Part shown: positions 19,311-29,311 of the stretch, piece by piece | How positions within the stretch are numbered: position 1 is the first letter of the stretch | Layout of the letters: each line of letters begins with the position of its first letter | NCBI GenBank assembly: GCA_963804995.1 | Contig: CAWDSK010000005.1 | Span: 96,001 to 160,000 of the forward strand | Length of the DNA stretch: 64,000 nt | Reading direction: 5' to 3' | DNA from: an uncultured Acidobacteriota bacterium | Lineage (GTDB): Bacteria; Acidobacteriota; Terriglobia; UBA7540 | The notes under the pieces: model-generated | The model's input: only the letters and a program-made list of their open reading frames with translations | Told to the model about the DNA's origin: nothing | Database searches by the model: none | Position numbers and translations under genes: made by a program

Positions 19311-20582
19311 TCATTTGCTTAGCTGCTGCGATAGGCGCGCGTAATTCTGCCTGTAGGTTGCGTTCTTGGGGTCGAGCGTGCAGGCCGCGCGGTATTCCTC
19401 CAGAGCTCCCAGCCGGTCGCCCGTCTTCTCCAGTGCGAGTCCGAGGGCGGCGTGCGCCAAGCCATTATTGGGGCTCAGGCGCACCGCTTCGCGTTCTTCG
19501 GCTATCATTCCCTCATTGTCACCCTTACTTCCGAGCGCGAGGCCGAGGCCAACGTGCGCCATATCATTGTTGGGGTTCAAGCGCACCGCCTCGCGTTCTT
19601 CTGTGATCATTCCATCCCGGTCACCCTTGTTTCCAAGCGCAGTGCCGAGCCCGACGTGCGCCATATCATTATTGGGGTTTAACCGCAGCGCTTCGCGTTC
19701 TTCAGTGATCATTCCATCCTGGTCGCCCTTATTTCCGAGTGCGGCTCCGAGGTTAGCGTGTGCCAAGGAATTATTGGGGTTTAAGCGCAGGGCTGTACGT
19801 TCTTCAGCGATCTCTCCATCCCAGTCGCCCTCGTTTCCGAGCGCAACGCCGAGGTTGACGTGCGCCAGGTCATTATTTGGGTTCAAGCGCAGCGCCTCGC
19901 GTGCTGCGGACGCGGTATCGTCCCACTTCTTCTGCTCAAGCAGGACATACGCTAGGCTTACGTAAATGTCGTCGTTTTGAGAATCAACTAGCAACGCCGC
20001 GCGGTATTCCAGTTCAGCTTCCGCATATTGGCCTTTCTTTGCGAGCTCCGTTCCATGCGCGACATGTTGCCGGATTTCCGCTTGTCGCGCCCGGAGTGCT
20101 TGGTCAATACTTTCCGGCTTCGTCACCCTGGCGTTTTTGAGCGCCGCGATCAGCTCATCGCCGCCGCCGCTCAGACGCACTTCCTGGAGATAATCATCCT
20201 TCACATCGAAGTCGATGCCGCGCTCCTCCACCAGCATCGCCACGCGGTGGCTCGGCACCTGCGCGGCGAGCAGGGTGATAACCTGCACCTGGTTCAGCGG
20301 CTTCTTGGCGCTCGTGGGCTCAGGGTGTTTGGCAGACCGCAGCGCGTTAAGAAATGCCTCGCTCGCGCCTGCGGCCTTGAGGGTTTGGAGAAAGTCATCC
20401 GCCGGGGCGAAATCAATCCCGCGCTGCTCGATCAGCTTTGCGCCCGAATCATCACCCAACCCGTCCCGCACCAGGCCTTCGACCTGATCCCGCGTAAAGG
20501 GCTTCTGCTGCGCCCGCAGGGGCAGCGTCAGAATCAGGGGTATGAGGAAGATAAGCAGGAATAGTCGGGGCCGCATGGGCAC
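19311..20582 (-). CDS. Secreted TPR-repeat protein
   Basis: Signal peptide; duplicated ERGIDF module; about 5 near-identical 34-aa repeats (REALRLNPNNDMAHVGLG..LGNKGD). Confidence 0.9.
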   Translation of the reverse strand: MPMRPRLFLLIFLIPLILTLPLRAQQKPFTRDQVEGLVRDGLGDDSGAKLIEQRGIDFAPADDFLQTLKAAGASEAFLNALRSAKHPEPTSAKKPLNQVQVITLLAAQVPSHRVAMLVEERGIDFDVKDDYLQEVRLSGGGDELIAALKNARVTKPESIDQALRARQAEIRQHVAHGTELAKKGQYAEAELEYRAALLVDSQNDDIYVSLAYVLLEQKKWDDTASAAREALRLNPNNDLAHVNLGVALGNEGDWDGEIAEERTALRLNPNNSLAHANLGAALGNKGDQDGMITEEREALRLNPNNDMAHVGLGTALGNKGDRDGMITEEREAVRLNPNNDMAHVGLGLALGSKGDNEGMIAEEREAVRLSPNNGLAHAALGLALEKTGDRLGALEEYRAACTLDPKNATYRQNYARLSQQLSK

Positions 20583-20930
20583 CTCCCGAAAGTGGGAATC
20601 GCGGGCATTCTACCACGTAGCGCAGGACGGTGAAGCCGCAACCAAAGACGTAGGGGCAGGCCTCACCGCCCACACTTTCCCGCTTCGGCTATCGGCAGTT
20701 TGAGGCGAGAAGATGAATCGATTTGCCGACTGCGAAAATCGCGAATCACCAATCGCAAATCGGCAATCATGCAATCACCCAATCGCCCGTTGAACCGATG
20801 ACCAGATTTCTCCCCCTCAAATTGACGCCCTCGAAAGCTGAGTGTAGACTGGCCTCTTCGCATTGAATTGCAGCGGCCTTCCCTGTCCGAAACAGGTGAA
20901 GGTGAATCTTGGGGAAATTACAGGAGGACT

Positions 20931-22307
20931 ATGAGCACTGCACTCTTCGACTATTACCAGGCCAACCGTGAACGCCACTTGGAAGGGCTCTTGCAGCTCT
21001 TGAGAATTCCCAGCATCAGCACGCTTCCCGAGCACAAGCCGGACATTCGCCGCGCGGCGGAATCCCTGGCGAACGGGCTCGGCGAGATGGGTATGAAGAA
21101 TGTGGAGGTCATCGAGGGCAAGGAGAATCAGCATCCCCTTGTTTACGCTGAGTGGTTGGAAGCGCCGGGCAAGCCCACGCTGCTGCTCTACGGCCACTAC
21201 GATGTGCAGCCCGCCGACCCGCTGGAGGAATGGGTCTCGCCGCCCTTCGAGCCTACCATCCGCAACAACAACATCTATGCGCGCGGGGCAGTGGACGATA
21301 AGGGGCAGGTCTATCTGCTCATGAAAGCCTTGGAGGGCTTCTTCAGGACGGAAGGCAAGCTCCCTGTGAATATCAAAGTCCTGATCGAGGGCGAAGAGGA
21401 AGTCGGGGGCGAGCACATTGATGAGTATGTGGCCGCGCATCCTGACCGCCTGAAAGCCGACGCGGCAGTGGTCTGCGATACGGAAATGTTCGCGCCGGAG
21501 CTGCCCACCATCACCACCGGTCTGCGCGGGCTTGTCTATACGGAACTGGAAGCGCGCGCGGCGGCGCACGATCTGCACTCGGGAGTGTACGGCGGAGCGG
21601 CGCCCAATCCCATGCAAGCTTTGGCGGAGATGATCAGCAAGCTCAAAGCGCCCAACGGCAAGATCCTTATTCCCGGATTTTACAAGCGGGTGAAGAAGCC
21701 CACCGCGGCGGAATTGGCGAGTTGGAAAAAGTTGCCCTTTAACGAAAAGAACTTCATGAAGAAGGAAATCGGCACCACGGCGCTGGTGGGTGAAAAAGGC
21801 TTCACGGTCCTTGAGCGCCTCTGGTCACGGCCGACCTTCGAAGTACACGGCTTCCGGGGTGGCTTTACGGGTGAAGGCGCGAAGACCGTGATCCCCGCCG
21901 TCAGCACGGCAAAAATCAGTATGCGCCTGGTTCCGGACATGAATCCGAAAGAAGTCTTTCGGCAATATGCGGCTTACGTGAAGAAGATCACGCCCAAAGG
22001 GATTCGGACGGCCACGCGAGTTCTCAGCTCCGCGCCGGCTTCGGTGGTGAGCACCGACAGTCGCTGGGTTGCCGCCGGCGCCGAAGCCATGGAGCAGGTG
22101 TTCAAGAAAAAGACCGTCTACATGCGCTCGGGTGGCTCCATTCCCATCGTGGGAACTTTCCAGCGTTGCCTGAAGATTCCTAGCGTCATGATGGGCTTCG
22201 GCCTGCCCGATGACAACTTGCATGCGCCCAACGAGAAATTCTATATCCCGAATTTCTATCGCGGCATCGAAGCGGTGGGGAAGTATTTAGAGCTGCTGGG
22301 ACAATAA
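20931..22307 (+). CDS. M20-family dipeptidase
   Basis: YGHYDVQP, ARGAVDDKGQ, EGEEE, DLHSG, HAPNEK; AGGAGG RBS. Confidence 0.93.
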   Translation: MSTALFDYYQANRERHLEGLLQLLRIPSISTLPEHKPDIRRAAESLANGLGEMGMKNVEVIEGKENQHPLVYAEWLEAPGKPTLLLYGHYDVQPADPLEEWVSPPFEPTIRNNNIYARGAVDDKGQVYLLMKALEGFFRTEGKLPVNIKVLIEGEEEVGGEHIDEYVAAHPDRLKADAAVVCDTEMFAPELPTITTGLRGLVYTELEARAAAHDLHSGVYGGAAPNPMQALAEMISKLKAPNGKILIPGFYKRVKKPTAAELASWKKLPFNEKNFMKKEIGTTALVGEKGFTVLERLWSRPTFEVHGFRGGFTGEGAKTVIPAVSTAKISMRLVPDMNPKEVFRQYAAYVKKITPKGIRTATRVLSSAPASVVSTDSRWVAAGAEAMEQVFKKKTVYMRSGGSIPIVGTFQRCLKIPSVMMGFGLPDDNLHAPNEKFYIPNFYRGIEAVGKYLELLGQ

Positions 22308-22582
22308 AGGAAGGGTTGGAGAAGGCTAAAGGTTAAAGTGTAAAGTTTAAAGGGTAAGGGCCGGCACCCGCCGCGTGGATTGCTGGCCCTTTCCATTAGT
22401 CGTCTCAAGCCTACTGCGAGCACGTCAATCAACGCAGTTGCTCTCGCCAAACGGAAGCATCTTGTGAATTGCGGGTATGCAGAACCTACCCACCCCCCGG
22501 TTCTTCCTGCTCTTATCCGAATCTGCAAATTCCCCCGGCCTCGTGCTATAGTCCCGAGTTCCCATTCTCTCCGGAGGCGCCT

Positions 22583-24622
22583 GTGCCCGAATTCAAACCC
22601 TTTGTTCCACACGACTCAACGGAACGAGAATTCACGCTCAAGTCTGTTCTTGCCGGCATCATCATGGCGGCAATTTTTGGAGCGGCAAATGCCTACCTGG
22701 GCATGAAGGCCGGGCAGACCGTGGCGGCCACCATTCCCGCCGCGGTGATTGCCATCGCGCTTTTCCGCCTGCCGTTCTTTCGGGGGGGCGTGCTGGAGCA
22801 GAACCTGACGCGCACCGCGGCCTCCGTGGGTGAAGCTTTGGTGGCGGGAGCTATCTTTACGATCCCCGCCTTCATGATGGTCAACGTGGGCGGCCACCGC
22901 CTGTGGACCGACTTGCGCAGCCATTACTGGACGGGCACACTGATTCTGCTGGCGGGGGGCCTGCTGGGAGTATTCTTCATTATTATTCTGCGCCGGCCCC
23001 TGTGCGTGGAGTCGGAGCTGCCCTTTCCGGAAAGCACCGCCAGCGCCGAAATCGTCAAGGCCGGACAGCGGGGCTCGACCGATGCGCCCAAATACATCTT
23101 TGGAGCCATGGGCGTGGCTGCGTTGCTGCAACTCCTGAAGGATGATAAGGGCTTCCAACTTTTTCAAGACTCCGTCAGCTTCTTCTGGAATTTCCCCAAG
23201 TCCGTGGTCAGCTACTTCGGCTACCAGAAAGAATTACTCGGCAAAGTTGATTATGCGGGCGGTGTTGCCTTTACCACACCTTCTGCGTCACCGGCGCTGA
23301 TTGGGATTGGTTACATCATCGGACCGCGCTTGGCCGCCATCAACTGTTCGGGTGGGGTCATTGCCTGGCTGGTGCTGATTCCCTTGGTGCTTTTTATTGA
23401 TCCGGAACTTCCTCAACGCGTGGGTACGACGACGGCGGGCGGCACGGCGCCTTGGGACCTGGTGAGTTACACGGTTTGGTACAACGTGGTGCGGCCCATC
23501 GCCGTGGGCGCAATGCTCGTGGGCGCGGTTTACACGCTCTACAGCATGCGCGAGTCGATCTGGCGGTCCATCAAGGGTGCGTTCCAGGCCGCAGAGGCGA
23601 CGGCCGAAGGCGGAGCGCTGCGCACTCGCCTCGACATCGATATCCCCATCAAGTGGATCATCGTCTCCATCTGCGGGTTAATCATTCCCATCACCATCAT
23701 CTATTACTACTTCGCGCACAGTTGGGGCGCCGCACTGGTAGCGGCCGTGGTGATGACAGTGACCGGATTCTTCCTCTCTGCCGTAGGCGGTTACCTGGTG
23801 GGATTGGTGGGTTCGTCGAACCAGCCCGTTTCCGGACTCACGCTCGCGGCCTTGGTGATTGCGGCCATCATGATGGTCGCCATCGGCGTCAAGGGACTGG
23901 GCGGTGTCGCGGCAGTGCTCGGCGTCGCGTCGGTGGTGTGCTGCGCGTGCTGCGTCTCCGGCAGTTTGATTCAGGATTTGAAGGCCGGTTATCTCTTGGG
24001 CGGGACTCCCTGGAAAATGGAGGTCGTGGAAATAATCAGCGTCGCTGCGGTTTCTTTCTTCCTGTTGCTGCCCATCATCGCGCTGCACGAAGCGAATCTC
24101 GCGAGCGGCGGCATTGGTGGCAAGCTTCTGCCCGCGCCGCAAGCCGGGCTGATGGCGCAACTCGCACAAGGCATTGTGGGCGGCCAAATGGCTTGGGGCC
24201 TGCTTCTGATTGGTTGTCTGTTCGGAGTGTCGCTGGTGATGATTGGAGCGCCGTCGCCCATGCTGATTGCCGTCGGCATGTATCTGCCGCTTGAAACCAC
24301 GGGCGCGATCTTCCTGGGCGGCGTGATGAAGTGGATCGCCGATCAGTGGGCGGCGCGTCGCAATCTTTCCGGCGACGAGAAAGCAAAGTTTGAGGAGCGC
24401 GGCACGCTGCTGGCTTCAGGCTTCATCGCCGGTGAAGCCATTACCGGTATTCTATTGGCGACGCTTTTCCTGACCGGTGTTAAGTCGATCACACACGTCT
24501 TCACCGGCCAGGATGTTTTCCCGTTTGTCGAGAGTTGGGGCGGATGGATTTCGCTCATCGCCTTCGCCGTCATCGCCTACGTGCTGATTCGAATTCCGCT
24601 GAAGAAGGCGGCAAAACCCTGA
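22583..24622 (+). CDS. Oligopeptide transporter, OPT family
   Basis: AANAYLGMKAGQT..IPAAV, LPFPE, GSSNQPVSG, QDLKAGYLLGGTP, APQA. Confidence 0.93.
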   Translation: MPEFKPFVPHDSTEREFTLKSVLAGIIMAAIFGAANAYLGMKAGQTVAATIPAAVIAIALFRLPFFRGGVLEQNLTRTAASVGEALVAGAIFTIPAFMMVNVGGHRLWTDLRSHYWTGTLILLAGGLLGVFFIIILRRPLCVESELPFPESTASAEIVKAGQRGSTDAPKYIFGAMGVAALLQLLKDDKGFQLFQDSVSFFWNFPKSVVSYFGYQKELLGKVDYAGGVAFTTPSASPALIGIGYIIGPRLAAINCSGGVIAWLVLIPLVLFIDPELPQRVGTTTAGGTAPWDLVSYTVWYNVVRPIAVGAMLVGAVYTLYSMRESIWRSIKGAFQAAEATAEGGALRTRLDIDIPIKWIIVSICGLIIPITIIYYYFAHSWGAALVAAVVMTVTGFFLSAVGGYLVGLVGSSNQPVSGLTLAALVIAAIMMVAIGVKGLGGVAAVLGVASVVCCACCVSGSLIQDLKAGYLLGGTPWKMEVVEIISVAAVSFFLLLPIIALHEANLASGGIGGKLLPAPQAGLMAQLAQGIVGGQMAWGLLLIGCLFGVSLVMIGAPSPMLIAVGMYLPLETTGAIFLGGVMKWIADQWAARRNLSGDEKAKFEERGTLLASGFIAGEAITGILLATLFLTGVKSITHVFTGQDVFPFVESWGGWISLIAFAVIAYVLIRIPLKKAAKP

Positions 24623-24737
24623 CCGGGATTTTTCAACAGGGGATGATTATTCTTCTTGATCATTTAGGGGGGTAGGCGGGGAATTAAGTGGGACCTCGCT
24701 CGCTATGCCCCGCTAAGCGCGATTTCTGGGACATGAG

Positions 24738-26345
24738 CTAGGGGCGATGGACGAGGGACAAGTTGTCGATAAACTCTTCTTCCGCCACCAGGTGCTCGCT
24801 GAATTCCCGCAGCGTCCGGTCTCCGATTGCGAGCAGCACCGTGGGATCGCCCGAAAGCTGGTAAGAAGCCATCTGCCTTTCGAACTTATCCAGGTCGATT
24901 CCCAGACGCTCGTGCGCGGTGTAGAAGGCTTGGACGGTTTCTGGGGTATCTGTAAAGGTTGGGAAAAGGGATTTCTCCTCCCGCCGGCAACTTTCCATCA
25001 CAAAGCTTTTGAAGAAATGCAGGGTCATGCGCAGCGCCGCGAGCACCGCCTGGCGTTCAATCGCATCCTCGCCGCGATGAAGGGTCAGCCCGGCGAGAAT
25101 CGCGTGCCAATCCTGCAATCCGGCGCGAATCTGCGCGTGCTCCTCCTTCCATTTCGACGCATCCGGCGCCAGCGTTTTGGCCCGAGGCTCACTTGCCGGG
25201 AGCGCCGTCTCGGGTCTGAGATATAGACTCTTGAGCCCGCGCGCGGCCAGCGCCTGCACCACTTCCCTCCGGCCGGGGAACCCGTGGGTTGAGAACTGGC
25301 CGGGCGTATCATGGTGCAGGTAGCCGCCCGGGAAGGTGTCACAATCCACCGTGAAGAGGTCTCCGGCCTCGACCATGGAGATGTTCATCTCGTAATTTTC
25401 GCGGGTATTAAAGAACAGGCGTGAGCCCGGGAAGGCGAGATGATAAAGGCTGAGGATCAGGCGGTAGTCGTCGTCGGATACCGTGAAGCGCGAGGATTTC
25501 TGCGACGCCAGGACGCCCCGCGCGGGCTTTAAGCGCGGAATGCCGATGGCGTGCGGGTCAAGACCGTAGGCGCGGCGCAGGTAGTTGCCGTGTTCGATGG
25601 TGGCCAGCGCGTTGTAGCGCCAATCGTAAAGCCCCAGCAGCGCCCCCAGCGCGATTTTCTCGATGCCTGCCCCGATGACGCGGTCCCACAAATCCAGGCG
25701 ATATTCGAAGTCCCGTTTAGGCGAGCCGGTCACGTGCCAGCGATCGAAGTGGGGCTGGTGGTAAGTCTCCTGCCACTCGACCACCCATTCGAGTCCGGCG
25801 GCGCGGAGGCGCACGTAGTCCTCGCGCTCATAAACCGGCGAGCAGAGCCCCACCACCCCGCCGCCCAGGCAATCGAGCTTCTGCCGCGTCAGCTCAACGT
25901 ACCGCGCCACCACGTCAGGGCCGAACTGGGGGTCTTCTGAGAGCACCAGCTCAATCTGCCGGTGGCCCCAGGAGAGAATCAGGTCGAGTTCGCGGCTGAA
26001 CTCGTCCAGGCTCAGGCGGACGCGCTCAGCCAGCGCATTGCTCTGGCGGTAGCCGCAGTAGAGGCACTCGTTTTCGCAGAAGCTGGTGAGATAAACGGGG
26101 ATGACGAATTCGACGGTATGCGGAGCCAGCCGTTCGCGAACCTGCCGCGCCGCCGCGTGGATTTCCGCGACCCGCTCGGGAGTGCGCGCCCAGGCAATCA
26201 GCGCCGCCGCGTCTTCCACATCCAGGCCGGGATTGGACTCCGCCGCTTCGAGAATCGCCGGCAGCGAACGCGTGGGTTCGGTGAGCGCCGCAAGTGACTC
26301 GATGCGAGCGTCAGAGACGCGGAAGACTTCACTGAATGTTGCCAC
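24738..26345 (-). CDS. ThiH/HydG-like radical SAM enzyme (BATS domain) fused to a C-terminal hemerythrin-like domain
   Basis: PVYLTSFCENECLYCGY, WQETY, GALLGL, IPRLKPA; tail EEHAQI..REEKSLFP..AHERL..EHLVAEEE. Confidence 0.8.
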   Translation of the reverse strand: MATFSEVFRVSDARIESLAALTEPTRSLPAILEAAESNPGLDVEDAAALIAWARTPERVAEIHAAARQVRERLAPHTVEFVIPVYLTSFCENECLYCGYRQSNALAERVRLSLDEFSRELDLILSWGHRQIELVLSEDPQFGPDVVARYVELTRQKLDCLGGGVVGLCSPVYEREDYVRLRAAGLEWVVEWQETYHQPHFDRWHVTGSPKRDFEYRLDLWDRVIGAGIEKIALGALLGLYDWRYNALATIEHGNYLRRAYGLDPHAIGIPRLKPARGVLASQKSSRFTVSDDDYRLILSLYHLAFPGSRLFFNTRENYEMNISMVEAGDLFTVDCDTFPGGYLHHDTPGQFSTHGFPGRREVVQALAARGLKSLYLRPETALPASEPRAKTLAPDASKWKEEHAQIRAGLQDWHAILAGLTLHRGEDAIERQAVLAALRMTLHFFKSFVMESCRREEKSLFPTFTDTPETVQAFYTAHERLGIDLDKFERQMASYQLSGDPTVLLAIGDRTLREFSEHLVAEEEFIDNLSLVHRP

Positions 26346-26530
26346 GACGCTAAGACCTCCCGGTTCAGGGAAAAATCACAGACAATCGAGGGCCAAACAG
26401 ATACTCAGCAATCCCCACTCCATGATGAACCCGGAGGGGCAGGTTTGGGAATAGACAGAATGTCCGGTGGGTGCGAAATGGGCTTCCGGTCTTCGAAACC
26501 GCCAGGGGTTGCCAGTTTCCGCGTGCCGGA

Positions 26531-27633
26531 TTTGGCCTCACGCTCGGATATCAACCTACCGATAACCGATGTGGGGGAGTGTGGCACAGCGGGGGAGGGC
26601 AATCGGGTGATTTGCGAATGCGATTTGTGATTGGTGATTTTTGCAGTCGGCCTTTGATTCATCTTTTTACTTGGCGCCACCGATAACCGATGTGGGGGAG
26701 TGTGGCACAGGGCGGATTGGTTCATTGATTCATCGGTTCATTGGTTCATTGATTCATTGGGCCGTCGGGTCATTTGCGATTTGTGATTGGTGATTGGGCG
26801 GTTGCCGATCCTCCGGCGTGCCGAATTGGGCTCATGTTCAGTGATAAACCTTCCGATAACCGTAGCGGGAGAGTGTGGCACAGCGCGGCGGGTTGGTCAG
26901 TGGTCAGTCGAATTTGCCCCATCCCTAGTCCCCAGCACCAAGTCCCTAACCCCTGCCTTTCCCGTGGCACTGCGCGGATGGGTTCATTGATTTATCGGGC
27001 CATTGAATCATTGATTGATCGGGCCATCGGTTCTTTGAATCATCGGATCATTGGGTCATTTAATGATTTGTGATTGGGCGGTCGCCGATTCTCTGGCGCG
27101 CCGAATTGCGCTCATGCTCGGACCTCAACCCACCGATAACCGATACGGGGGAGTGTGTCACGGCGGGGGTCGGGGGGTCGGTGGGCGAAGGGGGGCGAGC
27201 AAGCGTAGCGCGGACCTCCGCCGTTGAGGTCCGCGGTTCTTCGTATGCAATTTGAGCGAAGGTATCATGGCGAAGCAGCAGTCGCGCGACGGTTGGAGCT
27301 ACGTTTGCTATTCCCTCGTCAGCACCACCCCTTTTTCTTGTCAGCACCACCCCGTCGCTCAGCCCCGATGATCAATTTGGAAAGAACGCGCTATCGGGGC
27401 ACGGCGCGCCACCCCTCCTCATCTGAGGCGGGGAGTTCTTTAAAGCTCCCCTCCTGATTTAGGAGGGGTGGCGCTCCGAGCGCCGGGGTGGTTACGGGAG
27501 CACCTGGGGCAAAGGGATGGTAAATCCCTCCGCCGCGCCGCGTTACCCAATCTGCGCCACCTGCTACAGTCGGTTTTTGGCCTCATCTTCGGGCATCAAC
27601 CCACCGATAACCGATATGGGGGAGTGTCACGGC
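26531..27633 (+). repeat. Five direct copies of a roughly 60-nt element (family D) interspersed with 7-8-nt tandem repeats and REPs
   Basis: Cores start at 26558, 26679, 26852, 27132 and 27603: YTCAY-N16-WCCGATAACCG..GGGRGAGTGT(GG/GT/-)CAC. Confidence 0.85.
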
Positions 27634-27687
27634 CGGGGAGAAGGGATTCGGGACTCGGGATTTGGGGCTGGGGGCGGACAGCAAGCG

Positions 27688-27761
27688 TAGCGGCGGGTTT
27701 ACCCCGCCATTTGGCGAGGTACACTCGCTAGCAGGAAATGGCGGGGTAAACCCGCCGCTAC
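27688..27761. repeat. GTAG REPIN, family C (other copies 28671-28738, 34976-35048, about 49272-49340)
   Basis: GTAGCGGCGRGTTTACCYCGCC ... GGCGRGGTRAACYCGCCGCTAC inverted pair. Confidence 0.85.
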
Positions 27762-27806
27762 GAAGCAACAACCCTCAGACGCGAAGCCGGCTCTGGGGCG
27801 CAGGGT

Positions 27807-27938
27807 GCTCGGCCCTACATGAACCACCGGCGCTTGCCGCTGGCGCATCGGGCAGGAGGAAAGCCCCCAGTCATGACGGGTTGTCCGCCATTAAGATAAG
27901 TTGACGTTCAGCCGCGGCGACACTGGGGTTATCCGCTT
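27807..27938 (+). repeat. Family E repeat, copy 1 (others 28893-28990, 29644-29750, partial 17041-17087 and 29895-29930)
   Basis: 39-nt identical GCTCGGCCCTACATGAACCACCGGCGCTTGCCGCTGGCG in copies 1 and 2; shared CAGGAGRAAAGCC..ACTGKGGYYAYCC. Confidence 0.8.
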
Positions 27939-27955
27939 GCACCGACCTTATGGGG

Positions 27956-27984
27956 TTGACATGTGTAAGGTAACAGGCTACAGT
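27956..27984 (+). promoter_or_regulatory. sigma70-type promoter of higBA (probably leaderless)
   Basis: TTGACA-N17-TACAGT, with the GTG start 7 nt downstream. Confidence 0.6.
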
Positions 27985-27991
27985 TGATCCG

Positions 27992-28282
27992 GTGAAAATA
28001 CGGAACTTCACCCACAAGGGCCTGAAAAGGCTCTACGAAGAAGACAGCTCCCAAGGGGTTTACCCCGACACGGTGGATAAGCTCCGTAAGATGCTGGCAT
28101 TTCTTGATGACATGCAAGACCCGGAGGAGTTGCGTTCGCTCTCGAGCTGGAAAGTTCACACGCTGACCGGCGACCGCAAGGGTACCTGGAGCCTGAGCGT
28201 CACCCGCAACCGGCGTTTGACGTTTTGCATCGACCGGGGGGAGCGCGAAATCTACGACCTGAATTTGGAAGACTATCACTAG
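27992..28282 (+). CDS. higB: HigB/RelE-family toxin
   Basis: MKIRNFTHKGLKRLYE..WKVHTLTGDRKGTWSLSVTRNRRLTF..LNLEDYH. Confidence 0.92.
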   Translation: MKIRNFTHKGLKRLYEEDSSQGVYPDTVDKLRKMLAFLDDMQDPEELRSLSSWKVHTLTGDRKGTWSLSVTRNRRLTFCIDRGEREIYDLNLEDYH

Positions 28283-28301
28283 GACGGAGGAAGCAAACGC
28301 C

Positions 28302-28604
28302 ATGCCCATGAAGAACCCGCCCCATCCCGGAGATTTTATTCGGACGGAGATTATTGAGCCCGCGGGCCTGTCGGTGACCGCGGCAGCAGCGGCGCTGCAG
28401 ATTTCCCGGCCTACCCTGTCGAGCTTACTTAACGGCAAGGCCAGCCTTTCCGGAAACATGGCGCTGCGCGTTGAAAAAGCTTTTGGCGTGAAGATGGACA
28501 CGCTCCTGCGCATGCAAACCTCCTACGATATCGCCCAGACGCGCAAGCGCGAGAACCAGATCCATGTCCGGCGCATTCACCCGCTCGCCGAAATTTCCGC
28601 CTGA
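28302..28604 (+). CDS. higA: HigA-family antitoxin
   Basis: MPMKNPPHPG, HTH, MALRVEKAFG..LLRMQTSYD; GGAGG RBS. Confidence 0.92.
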   Translation: MPMKNPPHPGDFIRTEIIEPAGLSVTAAAAALQISRPTLSSLLNGKASLSGNMALRVEKAFGVKMDTLLRMQTSYDIAQTRKRENQIHVRRIHPLAEISA

Positions 28605-29033
28605 GCCTCGGCGGATAAGGTGGGGCTGGCGCGGTTTAAGGCAGTAAGCAGAAGGCAGTAGGCAGAAGTCGTAGCGGCGGGTTTACCCTGCCATTTTAGG
28701 CCACGCGATCGCGGGCAGGTTGGCGGGGTAAACCCGCCAAATTGCCCCCGGCAAAACTCCCCCCCTGATTTAGGAGGGGTGGCGCTCAGAGCGCCGGGGT
28801 GGTTATTCTCTTTAGCGCGTCCGCCGGAGGGCGAGCGGCGCTCGCCCTCAAATAACATAGGGCCGAATGGCATTCGGCCCAGGCCGAGCGCCGCTCGGCC
28901 CTACATGAACCACCGGCGCTTGCCGCTGGCGTTTCGGGCAGGAGAAAAGCCCACAGCCAGTCAAACCGCTGACTGGGGCCACCCGCTCCTTCAAGATTGA
29001 ACTTTTGGGGAACTCAGGGGGGCGCGCAAGCCT

Positions 29034-29309
29034 TTAGGGCCGGTCCTGAACGCCGTGATAAATCCGCAAGACTTCTATGCTCTGCTCCTTTACGCGATAG
29101 ACAGCGATGTAGGGCAGGGGAGGGAACAAAAGCTCCCGGGTTCCATCCTCACGTCCGAGCCGGCCACGATGCGGCCACTCCTTTAGGGATCGGATGGCGG
29201 CGTACATTTTACGCAGGGTCGGCTGCCGGTATTGTGGATGGTGGTCCTTCAGGTAATCGCTGATGTGCTGTAGGTCTGTCGCGGCGGCCGGGGTCCAGCG
29301 GATAAGCAT
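29034..29309 (-). CDS. RelE/ParE-family toxin
   Basis: IRWTPAAATDLQHI..PHRGRLGR..TREL..PYIAVYRV..IEVLRIYHG. Confidence 0.9.
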   Translation of the reverse strand: MLIRWTPAAATDLQHISDYLKDHHPQYRQPTLRKMYAAIRSLKEWPHRGRLGREDGTRELLFPPLPYIAVYRVKEQSIEVLRIYHGVQDRP

Positions 29310-29311
29310 TC

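Noticed and set aside
26531..27633. Family D array as a CRISPR array
   Set aside because: The repeats are degenerate, spacing is irregular (about 120-470 nt), the intervening DNA is itself repetitive, and no cas genes are present
26400..27700. Short ORFs near the radical SAM gene as RiPP precursors
   Set aside because: They are translations of repeat DNA in mixed frames without RBSs, and the enzyme is BATS-type with no SPASM or RRE domain visible
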